DNA of 64,000 nucleotides from Nannocystis bainbridge (GTDB taxonomy: Bacteria; Myxococcota_A; Polyangia; Nannocystales; Nannocystaceae), in assembly GCF_028368995.1 (NCBI RefSeq), contig NZ_JAQNDL010000003.1, positions 672,001-736,000 on the forward strand, read 5' to 3'. Positions 21,795 to 31,112 of the stretch are shown here, one piece after another. The number at the start of each line of letters is the position of its first letter. The stretch's first letter is position 1. The translations under genes and the position numbers were made by a program. The notes beneath the pieces are model-generated. The model was not told where the DNA came from and ran no database searches. It saw nothing but the letters and a program-made list of their open reading frames with translations.

Positions 21795-23975
21795 GTGTTC
21801 GAGCGCCCCACTCTCACGGCCCTCGCGTGGCTCGCCGTTTGCGCCGCGCTCGGCCTCGTCGCTGCGGCTCGGGGCAGTGAGGCTCAGGTGTGGGGCCTGA
21901 TCCCCGCAGCCCACAAACCTGTGATCGAGATCGACTTGCGCGTTCGCCTCGACGACGGCGCGCCGGACGAGGCCCTCGAGGCCGCGGTCGCGGCACTGGA
22001 GCCGCTCGCCGGTCGCTGCCCGCTGGCCCCGCCGCCGGCCGAGGCCCGCCGCTGGCTCGACGCCCACGCGCTCTCGCTGCTGCCGCGCGACTATCACGCG
22101 GCGCTCGCCGACCGGCTCGCGCCGGATGCCCTGCGTTCGGCCATCGCCGGGGCCAGGGCTCGGCTCGCCAGTCCGTTCGCCGGGCTCGTCGGTGACGACC
22201 TGCGCCGCGACCCGCTGCGCCTCGCAGAGCTCGCCCCGCAGCTGTCCGGTCGCCTCGGCTTCCTCGCCGACGCCGGCCCCGAGGCGTCGGTCCGCGGCGA
22301 CCTCGTGGCCCCTGACGGGCGCGCCGCTCTCCTCTGCTTCCACACCGGCGGTTCGGCCCACGAGCTGCGCGCCGGTGCGGCCGCGCTCGTGGCCGGGCAC
22401 CCGGTCTCGCTGTCCGTGGTCGGCGCCCCGGCCCGCGACGAAGCGGCCTCGGCCGCCATGGCCGCCGCTCCGCGGGTGCTGACGACGCTGGCCGCCGCGC
22501 TCACCCTGGTCCTCGCGCTCGCGTTCCGCAGCGTGCGCCCGGTGGTCGCCCTGCTGCTGGCGATCCTCGGCCCTGCGGCGCTGCTGGCCGTCCTCGTCGC
22601 GCCGCTCGGCCTGCTCGACCTGCCGCTGCTCGCGCTCGCTGTCGGCATCTCCGCCGCTCCGGCGCGCCCTGACTGGACGACCACCGCTCTCTCTGCCCTC
22701 GCCCTGACCCCACTCCTTCTCACGCCGTACCCGGCCTGGCAGACCTGGGGTCTGGCGTGGGCAGCGGGCCTCGCCGCCGCCGGCCTGGCGCGGCGCCTGG
22801 TCCAGCCCGCGTTGGCCGCCTGGCTCGGCAAGCCGGCGGGCGAGCGGGCCCCGTTCGCCCGCCCCGACCCGCCGCCGCTGCGCCTCGGCCTGGCCCTCGC
22901 GGCCGCGGCCGCGTGCGCGCTGATCCTGTCCTTTGGGGCATGGTCTTCACGACATGTCCGTTTCGACAGCCCGAGCCCGCTGCCGCTGGCCGCCCCCGAG
23001 CTGGCGGCCGCCGAGGCGGCGGTGCGGGCCGAGTTCTTCCGCCCCGAGGACGTCGCGCTGCTCCACAGCCGCGGCGCCGATCCGGAGGAGGCGCTGGCGC
23101 GCGCGGCCGAGGAGCTGCCGGCGCTGCTGTCGTTGGTGCCGACCCGCATCGATCGCGTCGACGCGCCCGGGGCCTTCGTGGTCGCCGAGCCCGAGCTCGA
23201 GGCCCGCCTCGACGGCCTGCTGGCCCTCGACATCCGCGGCCGGCTCGAGCTGCTGCGCACGACGATCGCCGAGTTCGGCATGCGCCCCGACGCGTTCGGC
23301 GAGTTCATCCGCGGCGCCGGCGACGACCTGCGCCAGCCGCCGAGCCCCGAGGCCGCGCTGGCCGGCCCGCTCGGGCCGTGGCTGACCGGCAAGTTCGGCC
23401 CCGACGGCGTCGTCACCCGCGCCTATCTCGCCAGCGAACCGGACGCCCTGCCGGCGGAGCTCGACCTGCGCGGCCCCGGCGTGTTCGCCCGCTCCGAGCA
23501 CGACCGCTTCTCCGCCCGCGCCGGCGCGATCGCGGCCGCCGGCGCGTGGCTGTCGGCGCTGGTCGTGTGGCTGGCGACCCGCCGCCTGGCCCTGGCCCTG
23601 GCCCTGGCCCTGGCCGCGATCGTGGCCCAGTGCGGCCTGCTGATCCTCCTCCACGCGCTGGGCCGCTCGTTCGGCCCGCTGACCCTGCCGGTGTTCCTGC
23701 TGGCCGGCTCCGCCGCGGTGGTCGCCGGCCTACGCGCGGTCCGGGCCCTGGCCGCCGGCCGCCCGTGGATCGACCCCGGCCGCCTCGCCAACGCCCTCGG
23801 CCCGCTCGCCGCCGCCCTGGCCCTGCTGGCCGCCCCCGAGCCGGTCTGGCGCTCGCTCGCGATCGCGGCCGGCCTGGCCGTCCTGTGCGCCCACGGCGTC
23901 GGCGGCCTGCTCGGCCCCCTGCTCTACTCCCTCACCAGCCGCGCCGGCGAACGCTTCTACCGCCGCCGCGCCTGA
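21795..23975 (+). CDS. MMPL/RND-like membrane transporter (divergent)
   Basis: Two TM clusters separated by soluble domains; LRRDPL motif and LALAFRSVR typical of MMPL-type exporters. Confidence 0.6.
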   Translation: MFERPTLTALAWLAVCAALGLVAAARGSEAQVWGLIPAAHKPVIEIDLRVRLDDGAPDEALEAAVAALEPLAGRCPLAPPPAEARRWLDAHALSLLPRDYHAALADRLAPDALRSAIAGARARLASPFAGLVGDDLRRDPLRLAELAPQLSGRLGFLADAGPEASVRGDLVAPDGRAALLCFHTGGSAHELRAGAAALVAGHPVSLSVVGAPARDEAASAAMAAAPRVLTTLAAALTLVLALAFRSVRPVVALLLAILGPAALLAVLVAPLGLLDLPLLALAVGISAAPARPDWTTTALSALALTPLLLTPYPAWQTWGLAWAAGLAAAGLARRLVQPALAAWLGKPAGERAPFARPDPPPLRLGLALAAAAACALILSFGAWSSRHVRFDSPSPLPLAAPELAAAEAAVRAEFFRPEDVALLHSRGADPEEALARAAEELPALLSLVPTRIDRVDAPGAFVVAEPELEARLDGLLALDIRGRLELLRTTIAEFGMRPDAFGEFIRGAGDDLRQPPSPEAALAGPLGPWLTGKFGPDGVVTRAYLASEPDALPAELDLRGPGVFARSEHDRFSARAGAIAAAGAWLSALVVWLATRRLALALALALAAIVAQCGLLILLHALGRSFGPLTLPVFLLAGSAAVVAGLRAVRALAAGRPWIDPGRLANALGPLAAALALLAAPEPVWRSLAIAAGLAVLCAHGVGGLLGPLLYSLTSRAGERFYRRRA

Positions 23976-24019
23976 CACGTCCCGTGCGCCAAGCCCTTGC
24001 TTCAGGCGAAATGAACCAA

Positions 24020-24175
24020 AGGACATGTCCTCCAGCACCTTGCCCATGCGACCTGTCTCCTCGGACATACCCGATTCGCCCGCTCGAGGCCGCTACACGG
24101 CGCTCGGCAGACAACATGAACTTGGGGACATGTCCCCCAGAGCATGGCTCATGAGCCCTGTCCTATCGACCATCC
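24020..24175. repeat. 14-bp-period decamer arrays
   Basis: ggacatgtcc-tcca-gcaccttgcc-catg-cgacctgtct-cctc-ggacataccc, and caacatgaac-ttgg-ggacatgtcc-ccca-gagcatggct-catg-agccctgtcc. Confidence 0.8.
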
Positions 24176-24247
24176 TTCCGCCCGTCGCGCCACCCCCCTC
24201 GCGCTCGCGGGTGCTCCCGCCGGTCCTCGCCCCGTCCGCGTGATCGC

Positions 24248-24922
24248 ATGAGCTCGCGCCGCACGTTCCTCTGCCTCGCCGCCGGCGCCCTCGCGCTGAC
24301 CGCCGACCGTGCCGTGGCCCAGGCGCCGGTGGTCGATCGCCAGCTCGCGCGCCGGCTCGAGCTGTGGGCCAAGGCCGCCGCGGGCACGCGCGTGCTGGTG
24401 GCCCGCTACGCGCTGACCCGCCAGTCGACGCTGCTGCAGGAGCCGCTCAAGACGGCCGGCACCCTGCTGGCGCGCGCCCCGGACACCCTGGTCCTGCGCG
24501 ACGACACCCGCGCCGGCGCGACCACTCGCCTGGCGCGCGGCCGGCTCGAGATCCGCCCCAACGACCCCGCCCTGCCGGCGCTGGCCGAGGCCCCGAGCCC
24601 GACCGTCACCTGGCTCTTCGAACACGTCCTGGCGCTGTTCAGCGTCCCCGAGGGCGCGGGCGAGCCGAGCGCCGCGCTGCAGGCCGACGCCCGCCTGACC
24701 GTCCCGCGCGGACCGGGTCACCTGCTGTCGATCACCCCGCGCCGCGACCACCCGGCGCGCCGGGAGATCCGCGACCTCGTGGTCCACCTCGACCCGCACA
24801 CCGGCGACGTCGACCAGCTCGACCTCGTCGAGGCCGGCGGCGACAAGCTCCTCATCACCTTCAGCCAGCGCCGCCGCGACGCGCCCGACGACGAGGTCGC
24901 GGCGCTGCTGCAACCGACATGA
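24248..24922 (+). CDS. LolA-like lipid/lipoprotein carrier with Tat signal
   Basis: SRRTFL signal; ARYALTRQSTLLQEPLKTAGTLLARAPDTL and LVEAGGDKLLITF match the LolA-like fold pattern. Confidence 0.7.
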   Translation: MSSRRTFLCLAAGALALTADRAVAQAPVVDRQLARRLELWAKAAAGTRVLVARYALTRQSTLLQEPLKTAGTLLARAPDTLVLRDDTRAGATTRLARGRLEIRPNDPALPALAEAPSPTVTWLFEHVLALFSVPEGAGEPSAALQADARLTVPRGPGHLLSITPRRDHPARREIRDLVVHLDPHTGDVDQLDLVEAGGDKLLITFSQRRRDAPDDEVAALLQPT

Positions 24923-25312
24923 TCTTCAGGACAGGTCGAGACGGCGCACCGGCGACCTGGCTTCGAGGACAGGCCACGATTACGACCGACCTGACCTTCC
25001 AGCCGGGTCGCCAGGCCGTCGCGCCACCGCTGCAAGCAACCTGACCTTCCATCCAGGTCATCACCGGCACGCCAGCGACATGACCTTCAGGACAGGTATC
25101 CGCCGCGATCGACCTGACAATCCAGCCAGGCCACCGCTGCAAGCACTCTTCCAGCCAGGTCATCACCGGCGCGCCAGCGACATGACCTTCAGGACAGGTA
25201 TCCGCCGCGATCGGCCTGCCCTTCCTGCCAGGTTATCGCGGCATACCGGCGGCCTGCCACCGCTCTAGTCGACCTCACGGCGCGCCGGTCGACCTGACCT
25301 TCGGGACACATC
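24915..25312. repeat. Array of about 10 paired motif units containing a ~105-bp duplication
   Basis: Repeated cgac[ac]tgacc-ttc[ac]-[ag]g[ac]caggt units; GCGACATGACCTTCAGGACAGGTATCCGCCGCGATC occurs twice (about 25075 and 25177). Confidence 0.8.
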
Positions 25313-25631
25313 GTGCGCCGCGCCGGTCATGCGCCCTCTCTCGGGCCGCTCCCCCGCCGAACCGCGGTCATCCTCTCGCCGCTCCGGCGTGCATCGGGCG
25401 GGCGCGGCGAGATCTCGAAAGGGCGGCCACGGCGGCCGGCGCCCTCGTCTGCCACCACCGACAGGATCCGCGGGAAGACCCGCTCACGGCCTCGGGATTC
25501 GCCTCGCCGCGGGTGCGGCTGGCTCACGCGACCGCGGCTGCTTCGCCGCGGCCGCAGCGGACAAGCCTCACGGCGGCGCGCTCGCGCCATGCGGGCGCGG
25601 GCCGGGCCGCCTGCGAACAGCGTCCTCGCGC

Positions 25632-25865
25632 TCAGCTCTGCCCGGGACCGAGCGCCTTCGGGCCGGAGCCGCGCATCCACAGGTAACCCACCCCGCCGAG
25701 CAGCAAGATGGGCCAGAACGCCAGCGCTGCGTAGGCCACGGCGGCCGAGCTCACGCCGGTCAGGGCTGCGGCGCCTGCTGCGGCGCCAGGGGTCGCCTTG
25801 CGCTGCTTGCGGTAGGCGTAAGTGGCGCCGGCGGTGCCGCAGCCGATGAGAAGCGCGAGAAGCAT
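25632..25865 (-). CDS. Small membrane protein
   Basis: 77 aa with 2-3 hydrophobic segments; GGAGG upstream. Confidence 0.7.
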   Translation of the reverse strand: MLLALLIGCGTAGATYAYRKQRKATPGAAAGAAALTGVSSAAVAYAALAFWPILLLGGVGYLWMRGSGPKALGPGQS

Positions 25866-25967
25866 GAGCAGAGGCCTCCGGAAAAAGCGGTGTGTCGCAG
25901 TATAGTGCTTTTACGAGGCGGGGCGAGCGGACTGGACGCCGGGCGGACGGCGGCTGATACTTCGCCC

Positions 25968-27926
25968 GTGGCAGACGACCGGAAGAGCATCAGCGCCCGC
26001 GATTCGCGGCCGAGGGCTGCGGGCCCGGGCCCCGCGGGCGGACCGCAGCAGGACCGCCAGAGGCGAGAGCGCGGCCGAGGCCCGCGTGAGGGTGGCGAGT
26101 CGGCGGGTGGCAGCGAGGCTGGAGCCGACGCTCGCCCGCCGCGCGAGGGTGTGGCTGACGCCCGCCCGCCGCGCGAGGGTGGAGCCGACGCTCGCCCGCC
26201 GCGCGAGGGTGCGGCCGACGCTCGCCCGCCGCGCGACGGCGACCGTGGCGACCGGCGCCCGGGCGACGGCCCGCGTGGCGACCGGCCGCGGCGCGACGAC
26301 GGCCCGCGCGGCGATCGGCGCGACGACCGACGCGACGACCGACGCGGCGGTCCGCCCCCGCGCCGCGACTCCTCCTCCTCCCCGCTGACCGCCTCGCTGT
26401 TCAGCGCCGTCCAGGACAAAGAGATGCCGTGCCGGATCGCCGGCTGCGAGAACACCTGGACCTGGTTCGCCGCCCAGCAGATCCGCGGCTTCGGCCAGCG
26501 CCCGCCCGATCGCATGTGCGATCATCACCTGACCCAGTTCAGCGAGCTGTCCGACCGCGAGGTCCACTGCCGCACCCCTGGCTGCCCCAACACCTGGCTG
26601 TGGAAGCGCGGGGCTCAGCTGGCCGAGCTGCAGCGCCACGGGCGGCTGAAGAAGCCGGCCCGGCTGTGCAACGAGTGCGTCGCCGCCGAGCGCGAGACCG
26701 GCGACGCCGAGATGCCCTGCAAGGTCGAGGGTTGTCGGCGCAGCTGGATCTGGACGCGTGACGCCCAGCTGCGCCACCGCCTGTGGGTCCTGCGTCAGCG
26801 GGCCCGCGCCCGCGCCGTCGAGGCCCGCCACGAGTCGGCCGCCGCGGCCGAGGTCGAGGCGACCGCCGACGCGCCTGTCCCTTCGGACCTGTCCTCCGAG
26901 ACACCCGTCGAGGTCGGCACGCCTGTCCTCGAGGCCATGTCCCCGGCGACCGACGAGGCCGCGCCCGCGGGCGGCGAGGCGCACGAGGTCGGCGACAGCA
27001 AGGCCGGGCCGGGCAAGAAGCGCCGGCGCCGGCGCAAGCAGCACGTGCGCGCCGAGCCGGACCCCGAGGGTCCGCCGCAGCGCATGTGTGGCCTATGCGC
27101 GCAGAAGCTCGGGCGCCTGGTCCCGCGCGAGGTCCCGTGCAAGGTGCACGGCTGCGTGCGCACCTGGACGTGGGACCGCGCCGGCCAGCTGCGCGCGTGG
27201 GTGCTGTCGGGCAGCGACGACGTCGAGTTCGAGCCGGCGGCGCCGAAGCGCATGTGCGAGGCCTGCCGCGAGTTCTGCCGCAAGCACCCCGACCGCGAGA
27301 TCCACTGCGGCCGGCCCGGCTGCCCGTCGGTGTGGATGTACAAGACCGGCGCCCAGCTGCAGGCCTTCCTGGCCGGGCGGCTGCAGGACCCGCTCAAGCT
27401 GTGCGACGAGTGCGCCAAGGGCGAGTTCGCCAAGACGATCGAGGAGGCCGGCCTGCCCGAGGGCGCCGAGATCATGCCGTGCGTGGTCCCGGCGTGCGAC
27501 GGCAACTGGGTCTACATGCCGGGCCAGAAGCTGATGCACGTGCCCGACGGCGAGCTGGCGCCCGACCGCATGTGCCTCAAGTGCAAGCGTGAGCGCGGCC
27601 TGGCTCCCCCCGAGGAGATCGTCGGCGAACCCATCGGCGAGCTCGAGGTCTCGCCGGAGGACACCGAGGCGTCTGACGACGAGAGCGACGCCGACGAGCT
27701 GCTGGCCGACGATCCGGAGCCCGCGCACGACGACGGCGCTCACGACGCCGCCGATGACGCCGCTCACGACGACGCCGCTCACGACGCCGCCGATGACGCC
27801 GCTCACGACGACGCCGCTCACGACGCCGCCGATGACGCCGCTCACGACGACGCCGCCGCCGCCGACGACGAGCCGCAGACGGACGAAGAGCCGGCCGCGG
27901 ACGACGAGACCGCGACTTCGGATTGA
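25968..27926 (+). CDS. Protein with six tandem C-x4-C...P-x3-C-x2-[CH] zinc-ribbon-like modules and disordered termini
   Basis: Repeats such as DKEMPCRIAGCENTWTW..QQ...PDRMCDHH and DREVHCRTPGCPNTWLW..AQ...PARLCNEC; GTG start 25968 inferred. Confidence 0.8.
   Translation: MADDRKSISARDSRPRAAGPGPAGGPQQDRQRRERGRGPREGGESAGGSEAGADARPPREGVADARPPREGGADARPPREGAADARPPRDGDRGDRRPGDGPRGDRPRRDDGPRGDRRDDRRDDRRGGPPPRRDSSSSPLTASLFSAVQDKEMPCRIAGCENTWTWFAAQQIRGFGQRPPDRMCDHHLTQFSELSDREVHCRTPGCPNTWLWKRGAQLAELQRHGRLKKPARLCNECVAAERETGDAEMPCKVEGCRRSWIWTRDAQLRHRLWVLRQRARARAVEARHESAAAAEVEATADAPVPSDLSSETPVEVGTPVLEAMSPATDEAAPAGGEAHEVGDSKAGPGKKRRRRRKQHVRAEPDPEGPPQRMCGLCAQKLGRLVPREVPCKVHGCVRTWTWDRAGQLRAWVLSGSDDVEFEPAAPKRMCEACREFCRKHPDREIHCGRPGCPSVWMYKTGAQLQAFLAGRLQDPLKLCDECAKGEFAKTIEEAGLPEGAEIMPCVVPACDGNWVYMPGQKLMHVPDGELAPDRMCLKCKRERGLAPPEEIVGEPIGELEVSPEDTEASDDESDADELLADDPEPAHDDGAHDAADDAAHDDAAHDAADDAAHDDAAHDAADDAAHDDAAAADDEPQTDEEPAADDETATSD
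26121..26240 (+). repeat. In-frame 30-bp tandem repeat x4 (xADARPPREG)
   Basis: GCCGACGCTCGCCCGCCGCGCGAGGGT units. Confidence 0.9.
27725..27860 (+). repeat. In-frame 39-bp repeat x3 (HDDAAHDAADDAA)
   Basis: GCTCACGACGCCGCCGATGACGCCGCTCACGACGAC units. Confidence 0.85.
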
Positions 27927-28115
27927 CGGGGCCGAGCGTCGCGTGCGAGCCTCCGCGGGCGCACGCGACGCTGCTCTCTCGACCGCGTCCTCCCGCTCTC
28001 GGACCTCCGGGTCCGCCTCACGCACCAGCGACTCCGACCGCTCCCGCGTGCGCGACCTCTCCGACCGGACCTCGAGCCTCGCGCCCGGGTCCGGTCCTCC
28101 TGCCCGCCGCTTCGG

Positions 28116-28210
28116 GCACCTGTCTCTCGGCACAGGGCCGAACGAACAGGCCCCTTCGTACAGGTCCTCTCGCACAGGAACTTCGAGACAGGTCCCTTCG
28201 GCCATGGCCG
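28116..28210. repeat. Seven-unit 14-bp-period array ending on a start codon
   Basis: gcacctgtct-ctcg-gcacagggcc-gaac-gaacaggccc-cttc-gtacaggtcc-tctc-gcacaggaac-ttcg-agacaggtcc-cttc-ggccATGgcc. Confidence 0.85.
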
Positions 28211-28887
28211 CCAACCCGCTCCCGCGCTCCTTCGCCCTGGCCGAGACCCGCCGCCGCTACGAGGTCACCCCGCGGACCCTCGACGACGAGCTGCTGCGGA
28301 TGGCCCGCGGCGACCGCGGCTGCCTCGGTGACGCCGTCTCGGGCTTCGGCGCGGTCGGCGTCCTGCTCACGGCCGTGCTCGCGTACATGGGCTTCCTCGG
28401 GGCCGGCTTCATGGTGGTGTTCGCCGGCCTGATGATCGGCGGCTTCGTCCTCAGCTCGGCCGCCCAGGCCCGCAGCGGCCCGGCCCGCTACAAGGCGCTG
28501 ACCGAGGGCCCGCTGGCGCTCGGCCGCGTGCTGCGGGCCGACCCGGCCCTGTTCGAGCCCGGCGACGTGCCCTACCCCGCGCTGGTGGTGTTCGCCGTCG
28601 ACGCCCCGCACCGGTTCGACGCCGACTATCTCCACGGCGTCGCCGCGGCGCTGCAGGCCCTGCGCGACGGCGGCGATGCGCCCGCGGAGCAGGCCGAGGT
28701 CGCGGCGATGCTGCGCGACCCCAACCGGATCGCCCCGCTGCGCCTGCCGCCCGCGCTCGCCGGCGCCGGCGATGCCTGGCTCGGCGTCATCAGCGTCGAC
28801 CCGCGCCGCCTGCCCGCGCGCCGCATCGAGGACCACCTGGTCCCGGTGATCGCCGCGCCCGGCCTCGCGTTCGTCGAGCACGTGTGA
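28204..28887 (+). CDS. Hypothetical membrane protein (2 TM)
   Basis: ATG 28204; two hydrophobic helices followed by a soluble domain. Confidence 0.75.
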   Translation: MAANPLPRSFALAETRRRYEVTPRTLDDELLRMARGDRGCLGDAVSGFGAVGVLLTAVLAYMGFLGAGFMVVFAGLMIGGFVLSSAAQARSGPARYKALTEGPLALGRVLRADPALFEPGDVPYPALVVFAVDAPHRFDADYLHGVAAALQALRDGGDAPAEQAEVAAMLRDPNRIAPLRLPPALAGAGDAWLGVISVDPRRLPARRIEDHLVPVIAAPGLAFVEHV

Positions 28888-29115
28888 GCCCGCCGCGTCG
28901 AGGACCACCGGGTCCCGGTGATCGCCGCGCCCGGCCTCGCGTTCGTCGAGCACGTGTGAGCCCGCCGCGTCGAGGACCACCGGGTCCCGGTGATCGCCGC
29001 GCCCGGCCTCGCGTTCGTCGAGCACGTGTGAGCCCGCCGCGTCGAGGACCACCGGGTCCCGGTGATCGCCGCGCCCGGCCTCGCGTTCGTCGAGCACGTG
29101 TGAGCCCGCCGCGTC
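28819..29115 (+). repeat. 72-bp near-perfect tandem repeat x4 duplicating the 3' end of the upstream gene
   Basis: TCGAGGACCAC at 28826, 28898, 28970 and 29042; no spacers. Confidence 0.95.
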
Positions 29116-29276
29116 CGTCGAGCGCAGGCCAGCGATGGGCCAGCGGCGGTGGCTGCCTGTCTCTCCGGACAGGTCCATGAGCCGCGGCTCCGCGCGCTGG
29201 CGCGCGGCCGGCCTCGACAACCGCGCGAGCGCCAGGGTATGACCGGGCGGGGCGAGGTCGCTCGCCGAGGAGCCCG

Positions 29277-30797
29277 ATGAAGCAGCCTGTCCGAATCGCC
29301 CTGTCTGTTGCGCTCTGTCTCTTGGGACATGGCTGCAAGGCCAGCTCCCCCTCGACCGAGCCCGAGCCCGCCGCCGCCGCGCCCGAGCCCGCGCCCGCGC
29401 CCGCTCCGGCGGCCAGCGGTCCGGAGGTGTGGGTCGGCGCGGTCGAGCTGCCCGGCGACGCCAAGCTGCGGTTCATCGCCCGCCTCGACCCGCCGCGACC
29501 CGACGACCCCGAGGCGGCGTGGAGCGGCCGGCTCGACATCCCGGCCCAGAGCATCAAGGACTTCCCGCTGCAGGACGTGCGCGTCGCCGCCGACGGCGTC
29601 GATTTCGTGCTCGCCCCGCCCGGCGCGCCCGAGAACCAGTGGGCCATCTTCAGCTTCGACCGCGAGGCCGGGGCCGACGACGTCAAGGGCAGCCTGAGCC
29701 AGGCCGGTCAGAGCCTGCCGGCCACCGCGCGCAAGCTGAAGCCGGGCGAGCCGACCGACGTCGCGCCGAAGCGGCCGCAAGAGCCGAAGCCGCCGTTCCC
29801 GTACGCGACCCGCGAGGCCGCGTTCGTCAGCGCCGCCAAGGACAAGGTCGCCCTGGCCGGCAGCTTCACCCTGCCCGAAGGGACAGGTCCGTTCCCGGCC
29901 GTGGTCCTGCTGACCGGCTCCGGCCCGCAGGACCGCGACGAGTCGCTGATGGGCCACCGCCCGTTCCTCGTGCTCGCCGATCACCTGACCCGCGCCGGTT
30001 TCGCGGTGCTGCGCTTCGACGACCGCGGCGTCGGCGGCTCGAAGGGCGACCTCGACAAGGCGACCCAGCTCGACCTCGTCGGCGACGCCCGCGGCGCGCT
30101 CGACTGGCTGGGCCAGCAGCCCGAGGTCGACAAGACCAAGCTCGGACTCATCGGTCACAGCGAGGGGGCGATGATCGCCGCCCGCACCGGCGCCGCCGAC
30201 AAGCGCGTCGGCGCGGTCGTGATGCTGGCCGGGCCCGGCGTGACCGGCAAGGAGATCCTGGTCCAGCAGATGATCGCCCTGGCCCGCGCGCGCGGGCTGG
30301 CCCAGGCCGACATCGACGCCCAGGTGGCGCTGCAGAAGCAATTGCTCGACGGCCTGGTCGCCAAGAAGAAGCGCGCCGACCTCGAGCCGATCCTGCGCAA
30401 GCTGGTGGCCCTGCAGACGGGCGGCGCGACGCCGGAGCAGCTCGACGCGCTGGTCGGCGCGTCGCTGGCGTCGCTCGACACGCCGTGGTTCCACGATTTC
30501 CTCAAGGCCGACCCACGCACCGACCTGCGCAAGCTGAAGAAGACGCCCGTGCTGGCGCTGATCGGCGCGCTCGACCTGCAGGTGCCGGCCGACGGCAACC
30601 TCCCCGAGCTCGAGCAGGCGCTGGCCAAGGCCGGCAACAAGGACGCGACCGTCAAGTCGCTGCCCGGCCTCAACCACCTGTTCCAGCACGCCAAGACCGG
30701 CTCGCCCGGCGAGTACGGCGAGATCGAAGAGACGATGGCCCCCGAGCTGCTCGGTGAGGTCTCGAGCTGGCTGCGCACGCGCTGGCCCGCGCCCTGA
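29277..30797 (+). CDS. Alpha/beta hydrolase lipoprotein (S9/S15-like)
   Basis: Lipobox LGHGC; KRPQEPKPPFPY, TGSGPQDRDE, DDRGVG, GHSEG nucleophile elbow, DLQV, LNHLFQ. Confidence 0.93.
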   Translation: MKQPVRIALSVALCLLGHGCKASSPSTEPEPAAAAPEPAPAPAPAASGPEVWVGAVELPGDAKLRFIARLDPPRPDDPEAAWSGRLDIPAQSIKDFPLQDVRVAADGVDFVLAPPGAPENQWAIFSFDREAGADDVKGSLSQAGQSLPATARKLKPGEPTDVAPKRPQEPKPPFPYATREAAFVSAAKDKVALAGSFTLPEGTGPFPAVVLLTGSGPQDRDESLMGHRPFLVLADHLTRAGFAVLRFDDRGVGGSKGDLDKATQLDLVGDARGALDWLGQQPEVDKTKLGLIGHSEGAMIAARTGAADKRVGAVVMLAGPGVTGKEILVQQMIALARARGLAQADIDAQVALQKQLLDGLVAKKKRADLEPILRKLVALQTGGATPEQLDALVGASLASLDTPWFHDFLKADPRTDLRKLKKTPVLALIGALDLQVPADGNLPELEQALAKAGNKDATVKSLPGLNHLFQHAKTGSPGEYGEIEETMAPELLGEVSSWLRTRWPAP

Positions 30798-30970
30798 CGC
30801 GGTAGAGCGCCTCGCGGCCGAGCAGCCGCGGAGACAAGACGGCCTTGTCGAAGTGTCCTCGAGGACATATCGATAAGGCTGTTGTTTTAGATGCACGCCC
30901 ATGGCCACATGGTCCACCTGTGGCTATGGGTGCGCATGGGTCCTGTCTCCGCCGGCACGCGCATGTCAGT

Positions 30971-31094
30971 TTGACAGGAACCTGTCAATCTCTCGCGCCC
31001 ATGGCCACGGGTGCGTATGGGTCCGCGTACCTCGCTGTCTCGTCGCCACGAACATCTCCATGGCGCCGAATTCAATTTGACAGGTACCTGCCCA
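30971..31094 (+). promoter_or_regulatory. Two putative MarR operators overlapping TTGACA -35 hexamers
   Basis: Perfect palindrome TTGACAGG-AA-CCTGTCAA (30971-30988) and imperfect TTGACAGG-TA-CCTGCCCA (31077-31094) upstream of the MarR gene. Confidence 0.7.
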
Positions 31095-31112
31095 TCGCGC
31101 AGAGTCGCCGGC

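Noticed and set aside
24915-25312. CRISPR-like repeat-spacer array
   Set aside because: Repeats are degenerate, and the linkers are only 10-15 bp and themselves duplicated; it fits the dispersed 14-bp motif family.
28819-29115. CRISPR array
   Set aside because: The 72-bp units are contiguous copies of coding sequence with no unique spacers, and there are no cas genes.
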